Assembly: GCF_006345805.1 (NCBI RefSeq)
Contig: NC_043014.1
Span: 31,558,001 to 31,622,000 of the forward strand
Length of the DNA stretch: 64,000 nt
Source of the DNA: Octopus sinensis
Lineage: Eukaryota
Direction of reading: 5' to 3'
Under the pieces are notes generated by a model. The model saw only the letters and a program-made list of their open reading frames with translations. It made no database searches and had not been told where the DNA came from. Below, piece after piece: positions 1 to 13,040 of this stretch. The translations under genes and the position numbers were made by a program. Position 1 is the first letter of the stretch, and every line of letters starts with the position of its first letter.

Positions 1-138
1 ATTCACATGTGATTACATTTTGAAATGACCAGAAGGGAATGGGGGAAGAAAAATTTTTTTAAAGACAGGAGAGTGTAAGAGAAGGAGGCATGTGTGTGTA
101 TGTGCACTATAGAGACTGATCATACTATTGAAACATGG

Positions 139-455
139 AGACCAGATATGATCAAAGAGGGGTAAAAGAACAAACAGTATAAGATCATTGATTTTGCAAT
201 CCCATATTATTATAGAGTGGATATCAAGGAAACTGAGAAACTTGAGAAATATCAGAACTTATCCAGAGATGAAGAAACTGTGGACTACAAGAGTCAAAAT
301 TATTCGTGTGGTAATAATTGGTGCTTTCAGTACAATGCCGACATTATTTCTTAAGAAGCTGAAGGATATCAGAATTGAAATATATATTGATGGCCTCCAA
401 AAAGTGCCACTCTGTGTTCTGAAAGAACCCTAAGAAAGATTTTTGAGATTTGAGG
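139..455 (+). mobile_element. 3' fragment of RLE-type non-LTR retrotransposon (R4/Dong-like restriction-like endonuclease C-terminus), decayed
   Basis: Manual translation across a stop and a frameshift: RPDM..KIIDFAIP..KETEKLEKYQNL..KKLW..VKIIRVVIIGAFSTMP..LQK, the PD..D..K..KY pattern of RLE domains. Confidence 0.75.
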
Positions 456-477
456 AGACTTGTTGTCACAAAACCTC

Positions 478-900
478 AGAATATCATCATCATCATTTAA
501 CGTCTGTTTTCCATGCTGGCATGGGTTGGACAGTTTGATTGGAGCTGATAAAGCCAGGGGCTGCAAGCTCCATTGTCTGTTCTGGCATGGTTTCTATGGC
601 TGGATGCCCTTCCTAATGCCAACTACCTCACAGAGTATACTGTATGCTTTTTATATGGCTTTTAATGTAGCACCAGCACCAGTGCTTTTTATGTAGCACT
701 AGCAGAGGTATCAATTCTGCTATGGTAGGAGGGTCCACTTTAGTACAGCTGTGCACCAAGATATCTTGGTTAAGTGTCTTGAGATCAGCCTTCAATACTT
801 CATTCCATGTCTTTGTGAGTCTCCTTCTTCCATAAAGCTCCATCCACTTTAAGTGATTGGCACTTTTGTATGCAACTGTCTACATCCACGTGCACAAACC
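478..900 (-). mobile_element. RTE-clade LINE 3' end (RT C-terminus plus 3'UTR ending in (GAT)n)
   Basis: Minus-strand peptide GRRRLTKTWNEVLKADLKTL, followed by the shared tail AACCCATGCCAGCATGGAAAACAGACGTTAAATGATGATG. Confidence 0.75.
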
Positions 901-1190
901 TCTGCTAATTAAAGTAATGTGTAATAGATTTTGGAATAGATTATGATGATGATGATTGCCATCATGTATATTCTGAGCCACAAGTCCTCAGAACATAAAT
1001 GAACATAAAAGTAAATACCATACATCTCCAATACAATAGCAACCAGTTCTGCCATTTATTGCCATTGCTTAATAACAAATGACTAGTTTGTCTTGCCTTA
1101 TTGACTTGGTATAGCAAAGATCCAAAGCAAATATTAAGTGGGCTTCTTGTTAGCATTAGTGTGAATTACATGATAGTAGTCTATTTATGT

Positions 1191-1493
1191 ACAGTGTGAT
1201 ATCACAATGTAGTATCAGTGAAGTGCAATGTGATATCTGTGTAGCATCGGTGAAGTAATGTGTATCAGTGCAGTATCAGTGAAGTAGTGTGATTTCACTC
1301 TGTATGGTCTCAGTAAAGTACAGATACGTCAGTGTTACTGTAGTAAAGTACAGTGTAATACCAATAAAGTACAATGTGATATCAGTGTAGTCTCAGTGAA
1401 ATACAGTGTAATATTAGAGTGGAAGTATCAGTAAAGCACAGTATAATATCATAGTATGAAGTCAGAGTGAAGTATCATGTGATATCACAATGT
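1191..1493. repeat. Degenerate minisatellite, ~30-33 bp unit, about 9 copies
   Basis: Recurrent CAGTGTGATATCAGTGTAGTATCAGTGAAGTA-like units. Confidence 0.6.
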
Positions 1494-2049
1494 ATTCTCT
1501 GATTTTAACAAGAGCCGCTTGCCAAAGATATCCATTACAAATATAAATGAATATAATTGAAAGATTACAAGCATTTTCTTCTCAGCAACAACACTGCCAC
1601 CACCATTATCAGTATAGCCATCTCGGTTTCCACCACTATCATTGCCAATATGATGAGTACCTCTGCACAATTACCAACCCCTTCATCATTATTACCATGA
1701 CTGCTACTGCTATGACTAAGCGGACCCTACCACTACAATGGTAACAACAATGACAATCACCACTAACATACATCTGCCAGTTTCTTCCAGAGAGCTTCCT
1801 AGCTACCAACTGCAGAGGTAAGAGTTGCCTGGTCATTGTGGTCAGTTGCAGAGACTTTGTGGAGAAATCAATAGCAAATAATGAAATCCTCCACTCCCAT
1901 CTAGTCATGTCACCACACATCCCTTCAAACCCAATCTATTTCCTTGGACAATTAAGGAGTCTTCAACCTTTTAATCTAGAAATAAAAGCAAGAGAATTTT
2001 ACTTGAAAGGGATTTATTCCTTGACACATCAAACAAGTTAGTTTTACGC

Positions 2050-2197
2050 AGATAGATAGATAGATAGAGAGAGACAGACAGACAGACAGACAGGCAAAGA
2101 GATAGATAGATAGAGAGAAACAGACAGACAGGCAAAGATAGATAGATAGATAGATAGATAGAGAGAAAGAGAGAGAGAAACAGAGAGATAGATAGAT

Positions 2198-2238
<41 letters not shown>

Positions 2239-2257
2239 CAGGCAAAAAGATAGATAG

Positions 2258-2302
<45 letters not shown>

Positions 2303-2323
2303 GACAGACAGACAGACAGGCAA

Positions 2324-2360
<37 letters not shown>

Positions 2361-2510
2361 AAGAGAGAGAGATAGACAGGCAAAGAGACAGATAGATAGA
2401 TAGATAGAAAGAGAGAGAGAGAGAGACAAACAGATAGATAGACAGGCAAAGAGATAGATAGATAGATAGTGAGAGAGAGAGAGAAAAGAGAAAGAGACAA
2501 ACAGGCAAAG

Positions 2511-2574
<64 letters not shown>

Positions 2575-2660
2575 CAAGAAAGAGGGGAGAGAGAGATCAA
2601 TAGGCATACAGATAAACAGATAGATAAACTAGACAAATAGATAGGAAAAATAAAGATACA
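2050..2660. repeat. Compound (GATA)n/(GA)n/(GACA)n microsatellite
   Basis: Directly visible; it produces the LSIY/SL ORFs at 1971-2687. Confidence 0.95.
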
Positions 2661-2988
2661 GAAGAAATGGATAGTTTGACTGATCAATAATTGATGAACC
2701 GAGTGATAGATTAATAAACTGAAGGAGAGACAGACTCAGAGATAAATAGATTGAGAGTTTTAGTAGATTGATAGCTACATAAGCAGATAGGTAATTGATG
2801 GATTGATAGAGAAGGCAGAGTTAGCTGGACTGATGGTGAGATTAATAAACTGATGGATAGAGGGACTAATAAGTAGACAAGACAGAGAGACATAGAGAAA
2901 GACAGATAAAATAATAGAGCCAGAACAAATTGATTGGGATAACAGATGGGTAAACAGATATAGATTGATAAATGAAATGAAGAGAGAT

Positions 2989-3057
<69 letters not shown>

Positions 3058-4494
3058 CTCGTTGGACAGACAGATGGCTATTGCATTACTCTTTATTCTT
3101 CCTGCCCCTCCCCCGTTTTTTTCTCCTTTCTTTCAAATGGTATTTTGGAATCCTAACTACTGCTAACCAACAGGGCATGTTGCTAGTGATGACGATGACA
3201 ATGGTGGTGGTGGTGGTAGTGGTTGGATGTAATGATCATAGTTATGATGGTGGTGATGATGATGATTGATGATGGTAATGATAGTGATGGTGATGTTATG
3301 AATTAGTAGAAAGGCAGAGAGACATACAAATATGTAGGTGGATGGACAGACAGAGTTAACAGGTGACTCAGGAACTGGTTACCAAGTGTATGAAGAATCT
3401 ATATTAAGAATCACATTAAGAACACCCTGGAATTGTCTTCCTGACCATATTTTTCCAACAGATGCCAACTTACAGATGTTGATGCTGAATAGGGATCCTA
3501 ACAAGCTCACCGGTTTTGGATCTGCAGAGGTCACGGCTACTGTTCCTCTCAACCCTGCCATTTTCCAGACTAAACATAAAAAAACATTGCAAAGTTGTTT
3601 GACATGATGCAACAACTTACTGCTGCTGGTGGACATAGAGAGATCAGGTGATGGAATATTTAGTGGTCATCAAATATTATATTTTAATTTTGTGTCAGTT
3701 TAATATTTCAGAAGAGATGGTGCCTTTCATTTGGGAATTCAGCCAGAACATTTGCTGACAGTTGCTTCACAGAGGACCGTATGTCTGAGGTCACTAACCA
3801 AAGAACCCTTACAGATATAGTGCTCTATGAAGGTAGATGGTTGCCCCTTTACCATTGCATTTTTTTTCATTTATTTATTTAAAACAGGAGAAAAGTTGGA
3901 TGTAAGAGTGGTAACTGTCCAAGTAGTATTTATAGCAAAGTAAAGAGTATAGGTAGAGTATGCGGAAACTAACAGTACTGTGTTGTCAACAGCAAATAAC
4001 AAGAACAAAGAGGAAAGAGAGAGAGACGGAGATAGAGAGAGAGAATTAAGCAAAGTCCTTAGTAAAAGTTCTTTGGGCTTAAACTTAGTAGAGAAACAGC
4101 AGCCATGAAGACTTGCAAGTTTGATGGCCAGTATGTTGATGATGTCAAAAGGAAACTTTTAGGATGGGAAGGTATTTCTGCAACTATGAGGAGAGAAAGG
4201 GTTGAGCAAAACATGTAGGGGAAAGTAGTGCAACCAGCTTCCTCTCGTTTCCAACAAACACAAAAGGAGGAACTGAATTCAGCATTGCAAGATTGCGAAG
4301 CAGTTGTCAACTATGCAGTCACATGTGAGCATGTATATGTTTACTCTATCTACAGTTAAATAAACTGAGCCAGTGATGATTATTAAATATTGACCAACTG
4401 ACACAACACTGACAAAATGTGATAAAAACAGACTATATTTCATTTGATGGTCTGACCACTCTACTCACTCAGCCACCTGCAAATCTAAAATTAT

Positions 4495-4695
4495 GGTTTC
4501 AAATTTTGGCACAAGGCCAGCAATTTTGAGGGAAGAGTTTGGTTGATTACATCAACTCCAGTACTTATTTTATTGACCCTAAAATGATGAAAGGCAAAGT
4601 TAACCCCAGAATTTGAACCCAGAATGTAAAGACACATGAAATGTCACTAGACATTTTGCCTGGCATGCTAACAACTCTGCCAAGCTCACTGCCTT
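4495..4695 (-). mobile_element. SINE family D monomer
   Basis: Homologous to 10700-11090 and 41045-41635 (GCCTTTCATC...GTCAATAAAATAAGTAC core on the minus strand). Confidence 0.6.
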
Positions 4696-5004
4696 GAAAT
4701 TCTAAAATATTAACATCAGGCCTTTTATATTATAAGTCCCAATTTTCGCCAGGTTCAATTTGGGTTGATAAAATAAGGACCAGTCAGGAACTGAGCTTTT
4801 AGTTGGCAACACTGACCTCCCCACCAGGATCAATGCAATTGACTAGCACATCCATCCCAACATCAAAATTTCATAACTTGTACTTACAGTAGAAAGAATT
4901 ATTCCTGTTGCCTCACCTTTGGATACATTCCAAGCAATAACATTCATAAATTCTTCCATTCCACAGGTTTCCTTTAAATCTTGTTTTTTTTTTATCTTTT
5001 ATTT

Positions 5005-5177
5005 TTAACTTGCTTCAGTCATTTGATAGCAGCCATGCTGGAGTACTACTTTGAAGGCTTTTAGTCAAATAAATCGACCCCCAGGACTATTTTCTTAAAG
5101 CCTAGTACTTATCCTATTGGTCTCTTTTGCTGAACCGCTAAGTTAACACACCAACTCCAGTTATCAAGAGGTGGTGG

Positions 5178-5228
<51 letters not shown>

Positions 5229-5402
5229 GTATGTACGACAGGCTTCTTTCAGTTTCTGTCTACCAAATCTACTTACAAGGCTTGGCTTGGCTTGGTCCAT
5301 GGCTAAAGTGGAAGGCACTTGCCATAGGTGTCATGCTGTGGCACTGAACCTGGAATCATGTTGGGAAGTAAGCTTCTTACCACACAGCCATGTCTGCACC
5401 TA
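5005..5402 (-). mobile_element. SINE family A (tRNA-like head, CORE-like segment, internal (TA)n, tail ending CAGTCAAATGACTGAAACAAGTAAAA)
   Basis: Homologous to the full-length copy at 46526-46924. Confidence 0.8.
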
Positions 5403-5489
5403 TGTTGTGAAGCATTTTTTTCCTTTTGTTCATTTCTATTTCATACCAGAATGTAATTAAATATAAAGCAGATGTCAAACTGCCTTTCC

Positions 5490-5730
5490 CACTGAGCAAC
5501 AACATACAATTTGATTTTTGTTATTGATTAACCTCAGGTCAACCCTGATTGAACAGATATGTGTTGAAAGGTTCCAGCTGTGACCATCCCATCTTTTTGT
5601 ATATTATGGATTACATTACCTAAAATAACCTTTTTTTTTCTTTTACAACACAGTAGGATGTAATTTAAGGGAGATTTGGTTGCTATTTCTAGCAAGTTGA
5701 GTGATCACATGGAGAACACCTCATTGGTTC
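5490..5730 (+). repeat. Unclassified interspersed repeat (GGAGATTTGGYTGCTATTTCTAGC family)
   Basis: Related segments recur at about 31520-31580, 34150-34370, 34440-34510, 37920-38030 (rc) and 40830-41040 (rc). Confidence 0.5.
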
Positions 5731-6886
5731 CCATACAATATGGTTAATAACTAAGACAATTAACTCTACACACCCACCCTCACAGCACTGTTATTCCAAC
5801 AGCTAACTTCACTCCCACATCGGCTGCATACACAGATGATGAAAGAGTAAGAAATCCCCACCAAATATTACTACCAAGCACAATAGAAGAGCAAGATTAG
5901 TTTAATAATTAACTAAGGCAGTTTGTAATCATGGCAAACATCAAAACTATCGATCAAAGAATATTATGTGCACACACGCATGCATACGCCTCCCTTCTAT
6001 GCATATACACAAGCATATTGTGTTGTGTTGCATTGTGAGTGCTTATTTATGCATATGTGCATCCATGTGTATGCAGCAATGATTTTATGAGAACATTCCG
6101 ATACACAGTATTTTTTTTCTCTATATGTACAATTGTTCACATGTTTTTGCATATATGCATCCATCTATGCCAGTATGTGTGTGCACATTCTGTTACATAT
6201 GAACTTAACATAAGCACGTTTCTTTTTTCTGTATGAAGTTATCACATATTTACACACTTATATTCAGACACACAAATACTCACAGTAGTTGAAAAGAGCA
6301 CAGCCCTGCACTTACATAAGAACAGTGTATGCAGGCACAAATATTACACGTTCAAACGTACACACACAATGCACAGATATAAAGCACACACAGACACAGT
6401 AAGTTATAATATATTTATATACACAAGCATGCAACACACAGACAAACACACAGCATGGATGCTACATCCACAGACACACAAACCATGCATACATGCTAGC
6501 ATGGATGGCTGGCTGCATATATAAACTACAGATAAGCACTCATCAGGCACAGACACACATGAAACAACCTATAATGGCAGAATATTACAGCCACGAGCTT
6601 AGCTTTAGTAAACTATCACAGTTGTATATAAGTAGTTGAGCTTCAAGATAAATTTAATCAGTCAGTACAGTTTGAGGCAAAATTTTTCAAAAGATGTCCG
6701 ATAAGTTGGCTTCCCAAAGACATCTGTTTCGCTAAACGACAAGCAGGAAACAATATGACTTACAGTTGACAATAAGACCACTCTAATCTATTTACTGGCC
6801 AATCTAATCTCAGACTTTGATATCTGCTACATACACATTATACACATACATTCACACATGTACGTATGTATATATAAATGTATGTA

Positions 6887-6966
<80 letters not shown>

Positions 6967-7439
6967 ATATATGTATGTATGTATGTATAAATATCTGCCA
7001 AGGTTCCAAACAGAAAATGGGAGTTTGCATTATTCATTCATGTGTGACTCAAAAGTGGAATCGAAATCCAGCAAATACAATAATATTGAAACACATCAAA
7101 AGGAATGTCTCGAGTGAACACAAGAGATTTAACAGAAAATTGGCCAGTGCTAAGGAGATTAATGGAACTAATGCAATAAATAGCAGCAAATGAAAGGGAC
7201 TAGATTGGCAATTAGATTGGAGAACTTATTCATTTGGAAAGTCAGTATTGTCGCAATTTCGCACACAGTCAAAAGAAATGAGGGTGGGGTGCATGGGTAT
7301 TCTTCTTGCTGTCCTTTCAATAAGAAAGAATAATAAGATAGGAAAGAGAGGAAGACTTATTCCTTTGATTGTATATTTTATGAAAATTAAAAACTTTAAT
7401 ATAACTACCATACACCCACATGTCGTTGTCCTCATCATC

Positions 7440-7680
7440 AATCATCATCATCATAATAATTTAACGTCCATCTCCCAGGCTGGCATGAATTGAATATGAT
7501 TCGACAGAATCCAGTGGGATGGAGGACTGTATCAAGCTCCAATACATGTTGCATGAGTTCTGCAGCTGGATGCCCTTCCTAACATCAACCACTTTACAGA
7601 ATGTACTGAGTGTTTCTCTTTCTGGACATAGACACTAGTGAGGTCGCCAAATAACTTGCAAGTCAAAGAAGATTCCTTGA
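7440..7680 (-). mobile_element. RTE LINE 3'UTR fragment
   Basis: CATCATCAT..TTTAACGTC and GCTGGATGCCCTTCCTAAC tail motifs shared with 478-700. Confidence 0.6.
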
Positions 7681-7689
7681 CTGAATGAG

Positions 7690-8270
7690 ATTGTAGGAGA
7701 ATGGGAAAGCAAAAGAAATAAGGGTGGCTTGAAGAGACAGGGATAAGTAACATTACAGGAATGGTGGAGAGTAGCAGCATAATAAATCGGTAGATAGATC
7801 AGAAAATAGGAAGATGATATGCAGGGAGGGAGAGTGAGGAGGAGAGAGAGAAATGAACAATGCCGAATGTCTGAGGTATATAGGGGTAGCTATAGTGAAC
7901 AGAGGAGGTTGAGGCACAAAGGTGGGGAAAATGTTGTCATAGGAAGATATGAGAGGGTGATGAGAACGATAAGAAGAGAAGATGTTAAAGATAAGGTAAG
8001 GCAGTTCTAAGATGTAGTTCAGAGAACAAGGAGAGATAAATGGAAGTACAGAAAAGAAATAAAGAATGAAGAGACTATATTGAAAATGAGGAATGGATTT
8101 TCAAACTGGTTCCTGGGAGTTAGGGAGGTAACAGGTAGCACAGAGGAGGTTGAAATGTGTGCATAGAAGAGTAGAGGGATGGATGTTAGGAAGACGAGAA
8201 GCGGGAAAGGCTTGATGAAGAGACTGGGTGCAGGAGCAGGACCTATTGAGTATGTAGACATAAACATAAT
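7690..8270 (-). repeat. CT-rich interspersed repeat family E
   Basis: Purine-skewed on the + strand; shares the CTCTTCAAG end motif with 61140-61860. Confidence 0.35.
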
Positions 8271-8479
8271 GTTTTTAGGAACTCACTTTTGTTGAAATTA
8301 ATGGGTCCTCTTGAACACAGTGAATTGCAAATCCTCTTGCTTGTTAACCATCTCTTCCATGAGGCTCAACAACTTGAAACTGGCCCTCACAGTTCATCCG
8401 TTTTCTACATGCTCCATCCACATTTAGAAATCAGCATGTCTTTATGCAACTGTCTTCATCCATATGCATCATGTGACCA

Positions 8480-8940
8480 TACCAACACAATCTCTCTTGC
8501 ACAATATATCTGATGCCTCTTATGCTCAATTTTTCTTTCAACTCATTTGCACTTTGTGGTATGGCACACTGATGTTGCACATCCAACAGAGCATGCTAGC
8601 TTAATTTCTTTCTAGTTGTCACAAGTCCTCTGCTTTCGGGGATGATGTCTCACTGCCATATACCAATACTGTCTGTACACAAGCATTGTACAACTTGTCT
8701 TTCACTCTGAGGTCTTATATTAACAAGAGCAGTAATGGCTCTCGGAACTTTCTCCTTTCTGTTATTATTCTAACAATTATACTCCTACACATCTGCCACA
8801 TACAAAGTCTACCTTCTCTGATAACCTTTCTACCATAAGGTAGATCAAAAACAAGGCCATTTTCCTGAAGGTAATAAAGTCATGCCACTTCTTTTGCTTC
8901 TAGAGGTCTGGTCTTGGTGAAGTTAACTTAAGGCTATTTG
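8480..8940 (-). mobile_element. RTE LINE reverse-transcriptase C-terminal fragment, decayed
   Basis: Minus-strand translation parallels 60430-61115 (RVKDKLYNACVQTVLVYGSET..ERRLCWYGHMMHMDEDSC). Confidence 0.7.
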
Positions 8941-9829
8941 ATTCCAGGTTTTGCTTATTCGACTTTCATTTTTAATTCTATTTCAGCAAGAACAAGATCA
9001 CCAGCACAAAGGAGTTCCCATGGGCAACTTGGTCATAAACTTCTTAGGGAGAACTATGGTAAATGGGAGGAAGAATCAGAGCCAAGTCTTGGTGAACTCC
9101 TACCTACACACTAAATTCTTTGTTGTACTTATTATCAACTCTCACTTTATTAACATCTTTGTACATGGTTTTAACAGCTCTTACCATTTGATTATTTATA
9201 CTTGATGGTTCCTGACATATAAATGGTACAATGAAACATAGAGCAATGGTTCATACAAAGGCAACTGTACAGTGATACAAACACAGTAATGATTTCACAG
9301 ACAACAATATAGTAATACTTACAAAGCTACAGAGAAAATTCTATAGATCTGCAGAATAGGGGTAATAAGTAGTATGTAGAAAAAAAACAGATGCAAAAAG
9401 TGTAGATGGATCATAGGCAGGCTAACAGAAAAGGAAAATTTCATATGTGGCGTTTGCACAGGGATAATAAGCACTAACAGCATAAAAGGAATAGATTTTC
9501 TCAAATGCCTGGAAAGCTCCCTAGAAGTAGTTGATAGCTTTGTTACCTAAATACAACCGCACTAACAGTGAAAGTATGTTAGCCGAAATGAACAAAAGTG
9601 TTGGAAAAGTTTGGGGAGTTTTTTTACTTAACTGGCAACAACAGGCTTGTCTCTCAGAGTGAAGGATAGACGGTATGATATTAGTGTTGGAAGTGCGATG
9701 TGATAGCAAGATGCAGGCTTTGGATGCAGAGGAATTTGTGAAGACTAAAAAGAAGTATACTTCAGAGGATGTGCAGTGACAGATTCCATGACTGATGGAG
9801 TACAAGTGAGTTGAAAAAAAAAAATGGGT

Positions 9830-10080
9830 ACAAGAGGAATCAGAGGTAGGGTGCTAGAAAGAAGATTGTGCAGATACAGGCATGTGATGCATATGTAGGA
9901 TGACCGCTGTTAAAGAAGCTGTTGAGCACTCAAAGTGAATGGAGCCTGTGAAAGGCATGGGATGACGTGATGAAGATTACTGAGCTTCACAAAGGAAATG
10001 ACAAGGAACCATGATGATTGGCAATACATGGTACAGAAGATCTGACCAATCATGCAAACACTGCAAAACCTACATTAAAA
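9830..10080 (+). mobile_element. Degenerate RTE LINE 3' fragment
   Basis: GHVMHM..WDDVMK-like remnant similar to 58200-58400. Confidence 0.45.
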
Positions 10081-10232
10081 TAGGTGTACTGGTGGAAGCT
10101 GTGACATATTTTATACACACACATATATACAGATAGACTTACACACACAAACATATATATGTATACACACAGACATTTCTTTTGTCTATTTCATACTTGA
10201 AGTTCCATCTGCTTACTCTTCTTGCCTCTTAA

Positions 10233-10451
10233 CCCTTTAGTATTTAAACCGGCCATATCCGGCCAAAATAGTTAATCTGTTTTATGTTCAAACTGACCAG
10301 ATCCAGGCTCTCACACCTACCCTACAATGTTATTCTACATTAAGTAATTACACCATCAAGATCTTGAAGATATGAGATAATGCATGACTAATTCAAATCA
10401 ATGTGAATCAATAAGCATTATGTTTGATAGAATAATCTGAACACTAAAGGG
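10233..10451. mobile_element. TTAA-flanked MITE (piggyBac-like termini), 219 bp
   Basis: TTAA|CCCTTTAGT...ACTAAAGGG|TTAA, with TSDs at 10229-10232 and 10452-10455. Confidence 0.85.
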
Positions 10452-10533
10452 TTAAACATCATTTTATCTCCCTCTTGACCCTTCTCTTTCACATCACAAT
10501 GCCTGCATAAAGACGGATTGCATTAGATTTTTT

Positions 10534-10596
10534 GGTCAAACCCAGACTCCTTTTGCATCTGGTCAAACCCAGACTCCTTTTCCGTCTGGTCAAACC
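10534..10596. repeat. 27-bp tandem repeat x2.3
   Basis: GGTCAAACCCAGACTCCTTTTGCATCT / GGTCAAACCCAGACTCCTTTTCCGTCT / GGTCAAACC. Confidence 0.9.
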
Positions 10597-10699
10597 TTTA
10601 TCGATATCAGTCATAGTCTTATCATTGCCATCTCAGGTATTTATTGCTAACACTCTCTCAACCAGCTAACATTATCTGTTAACAGTACAAACCATTAAG

Positions 10700-11090
10700 G
10701 CAGCAAGCCGGGCGAAATGCTTAGCGGTGTTTCGTCTGCTGTTATGTTCTGAGTTCAAATTCCGCCAAGGTCGACTTCGCCTTTCATCCATTCAGGGTCG
10801 ATAAATTAAGTACCAGTTATGCACTGGGGTCGTTATAATCAACTTAATCCCTTTATCTGTCCTTGTTTGTCCCCTCTATGTTTAGCCCCTTGTGGGCAAT
10901 AAAGAAATAAGAATTGTTAGCACACGGGGCAAAATGCTTAATAGCATTTCTTCTGTCTTTACATTGAGTTCAAATTCTGCCACGGTCAGCTTTGCTTTCC
11001 ATCCTTTTGGGACTGATAAAACAAGTACCAGCTGAGCACTGGGGTCGATATAATCAACTTATCCTCTCTCCTGAAATTGCTGGCTAATAT
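10700..11090 (+). mobile_element. SINE family D head-to-tail dimer
   Basis: Two units, each with GAGTTCAAATTC (B-box-like) and TTTCATCC..GATAAA..AAGTACCAG..CACTGGGGTCG; junction near 10913. Confidence 0.75.
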
Positions 11091-12308
11091 TACAAATCAT
11101 TACTCTCTCTCCCTCAATCACTCACTATTGACATCCATCACACCTTCATACCATTGACTACTTCTACAACCTATCTATCACTCAATCTCTTACCAGCCAG
11201 CATGTAACTGCTTTAAATATCCCCCAATTACCTTCTATTAACATATCTTTCATGACACTTTCCCATACTGTCTCTCTTCCAGTTATCCCTCTAGCACTGT
11301 CTCTCCAATTTCTCCCTTCTCTTCCATATTGTCACCCCAATCGCTCTACTCCACTCATGCTTGTTTTCTTTTTCCCTTCTCATATTGGTTCATCGTTAGC
11401 AATTGCCTTGTCATCTTCCCACACCACTTGTGACATTGCTCTGAATGAATGGCAACAACAGAAAACAGCGCAAACCTTTTTGTCCAAAGGACAAGGCAAT
11501 TTCACTAGTGTTGGTGTCCCAGTAAAAGACACTCAATGCATTGGTTGAGAAGATCCATCTTTAGTCCTGTCTTGTTAAGGACATGACCTCTTTTGTACTG
11601 GTATCATGATAAAATGCATCCAGTATACTCTATAAAGTGGTTGTTGTTAGGAAGAGCATCCAGCCATAGAAACCACAAGAATAAAACATTTGAAAGAGAG
11701 CAGTAACTTAGAATAAGAACTGGCTTTGATTCTGATGGCTCATCCAACCCATACCAACATGGAAAGTAGATGTAAAATGATGACAACTGTACAAATTGAT
11801 ACAAATGTAAAAGAATGACTACACTGACAAAAAAAAAGCTGTGGGTTTTTTTGGGTTTTTTTTGTAAAAGAATTGCCAATGTTTGATCAAGGTGACCTGA
11901 CAATAAACAACAGAAACTAAAAAGGGAGTCTTTTGCCATGCTAGAAGCAATAGCCAAACCACTAAGGGGAAAGACACTTTAGCTAATTTAGTCACAACAC
12001 ACTTTGCCTAGGGGAAACGGGAGTAGAAGGGAGCAGGAACATTATCATAGATTTATTATTTGCCAAGTTTCTGATGTAAGACTGAAACAATGCATTAAAA
12101 TGTGATACATTAAAAAAAAATTTTTCATTCTTGTACAAATATTTATTCGGTCAAAGAAAGTCAAATCCAAGTTGAGAAAAAATACTGAGTTTTTAGGAGT
12201 ATAAGCATTTTTTTTTCTCTGCCTTTCTTACTTCTACACAGACACGCTGCGTTAAACAAAGGTGTGCAGCAAAACATGAAAGGGAAAATCTACAATTGTA
12301 TGATTGAT

Positions 12309-12341
<33 letters not shown>

Positions 12342-12499
12342 CAAGAATTCCAAGGTTACCCCACCTCTCAATATAACACTGTTTGCTTCCTATATTGATG
12401 CAAGGTAAAGGAAAATTCAGAAAAGACCTGTTTTTCAAAATTGAAAAGCCCTTTGTTCCTATTATTGCACCTCTTGTTGCCCATACTTCTTCTCTCCCC

Positions 12500-12506
12500 A
12501 CCCTCT

Positions 12507-12540
<34 letters not shown>

Positions 12541-13040
12541 TATCTATATATATATATATATATACATACATATATATATATATACATATATAAATATATA
12601 TATACATATATAAATATATATATACATATATAAATATATATATATACATACATATATACATACATACATATATATATACATACATATATACATACATACA
12701 TATATATACATATATATACATACATATATATATACATACATACATATATATACATACATACATATATATACATACATATATATTTATATACATACATACA
12801 TATATATACATATATATATATATACATACATACATACATATATATATACATACATACTATACATACATATATACATACATACATATATATATATACATAC
12901 ATACATACATATATATTATATATATATATATATATAATATACATACATATATACAACATACATATATACATACATACATACATACATATATACATACATA
13001 CATATATACATACATACATACATACATATATATATATATA
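12500..13040. repeat. Compound (TACA)n/(TA)n microsatellite
   Basis: Directly visible; source of the MYVCIY ORFs. Confidence 0.95.
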
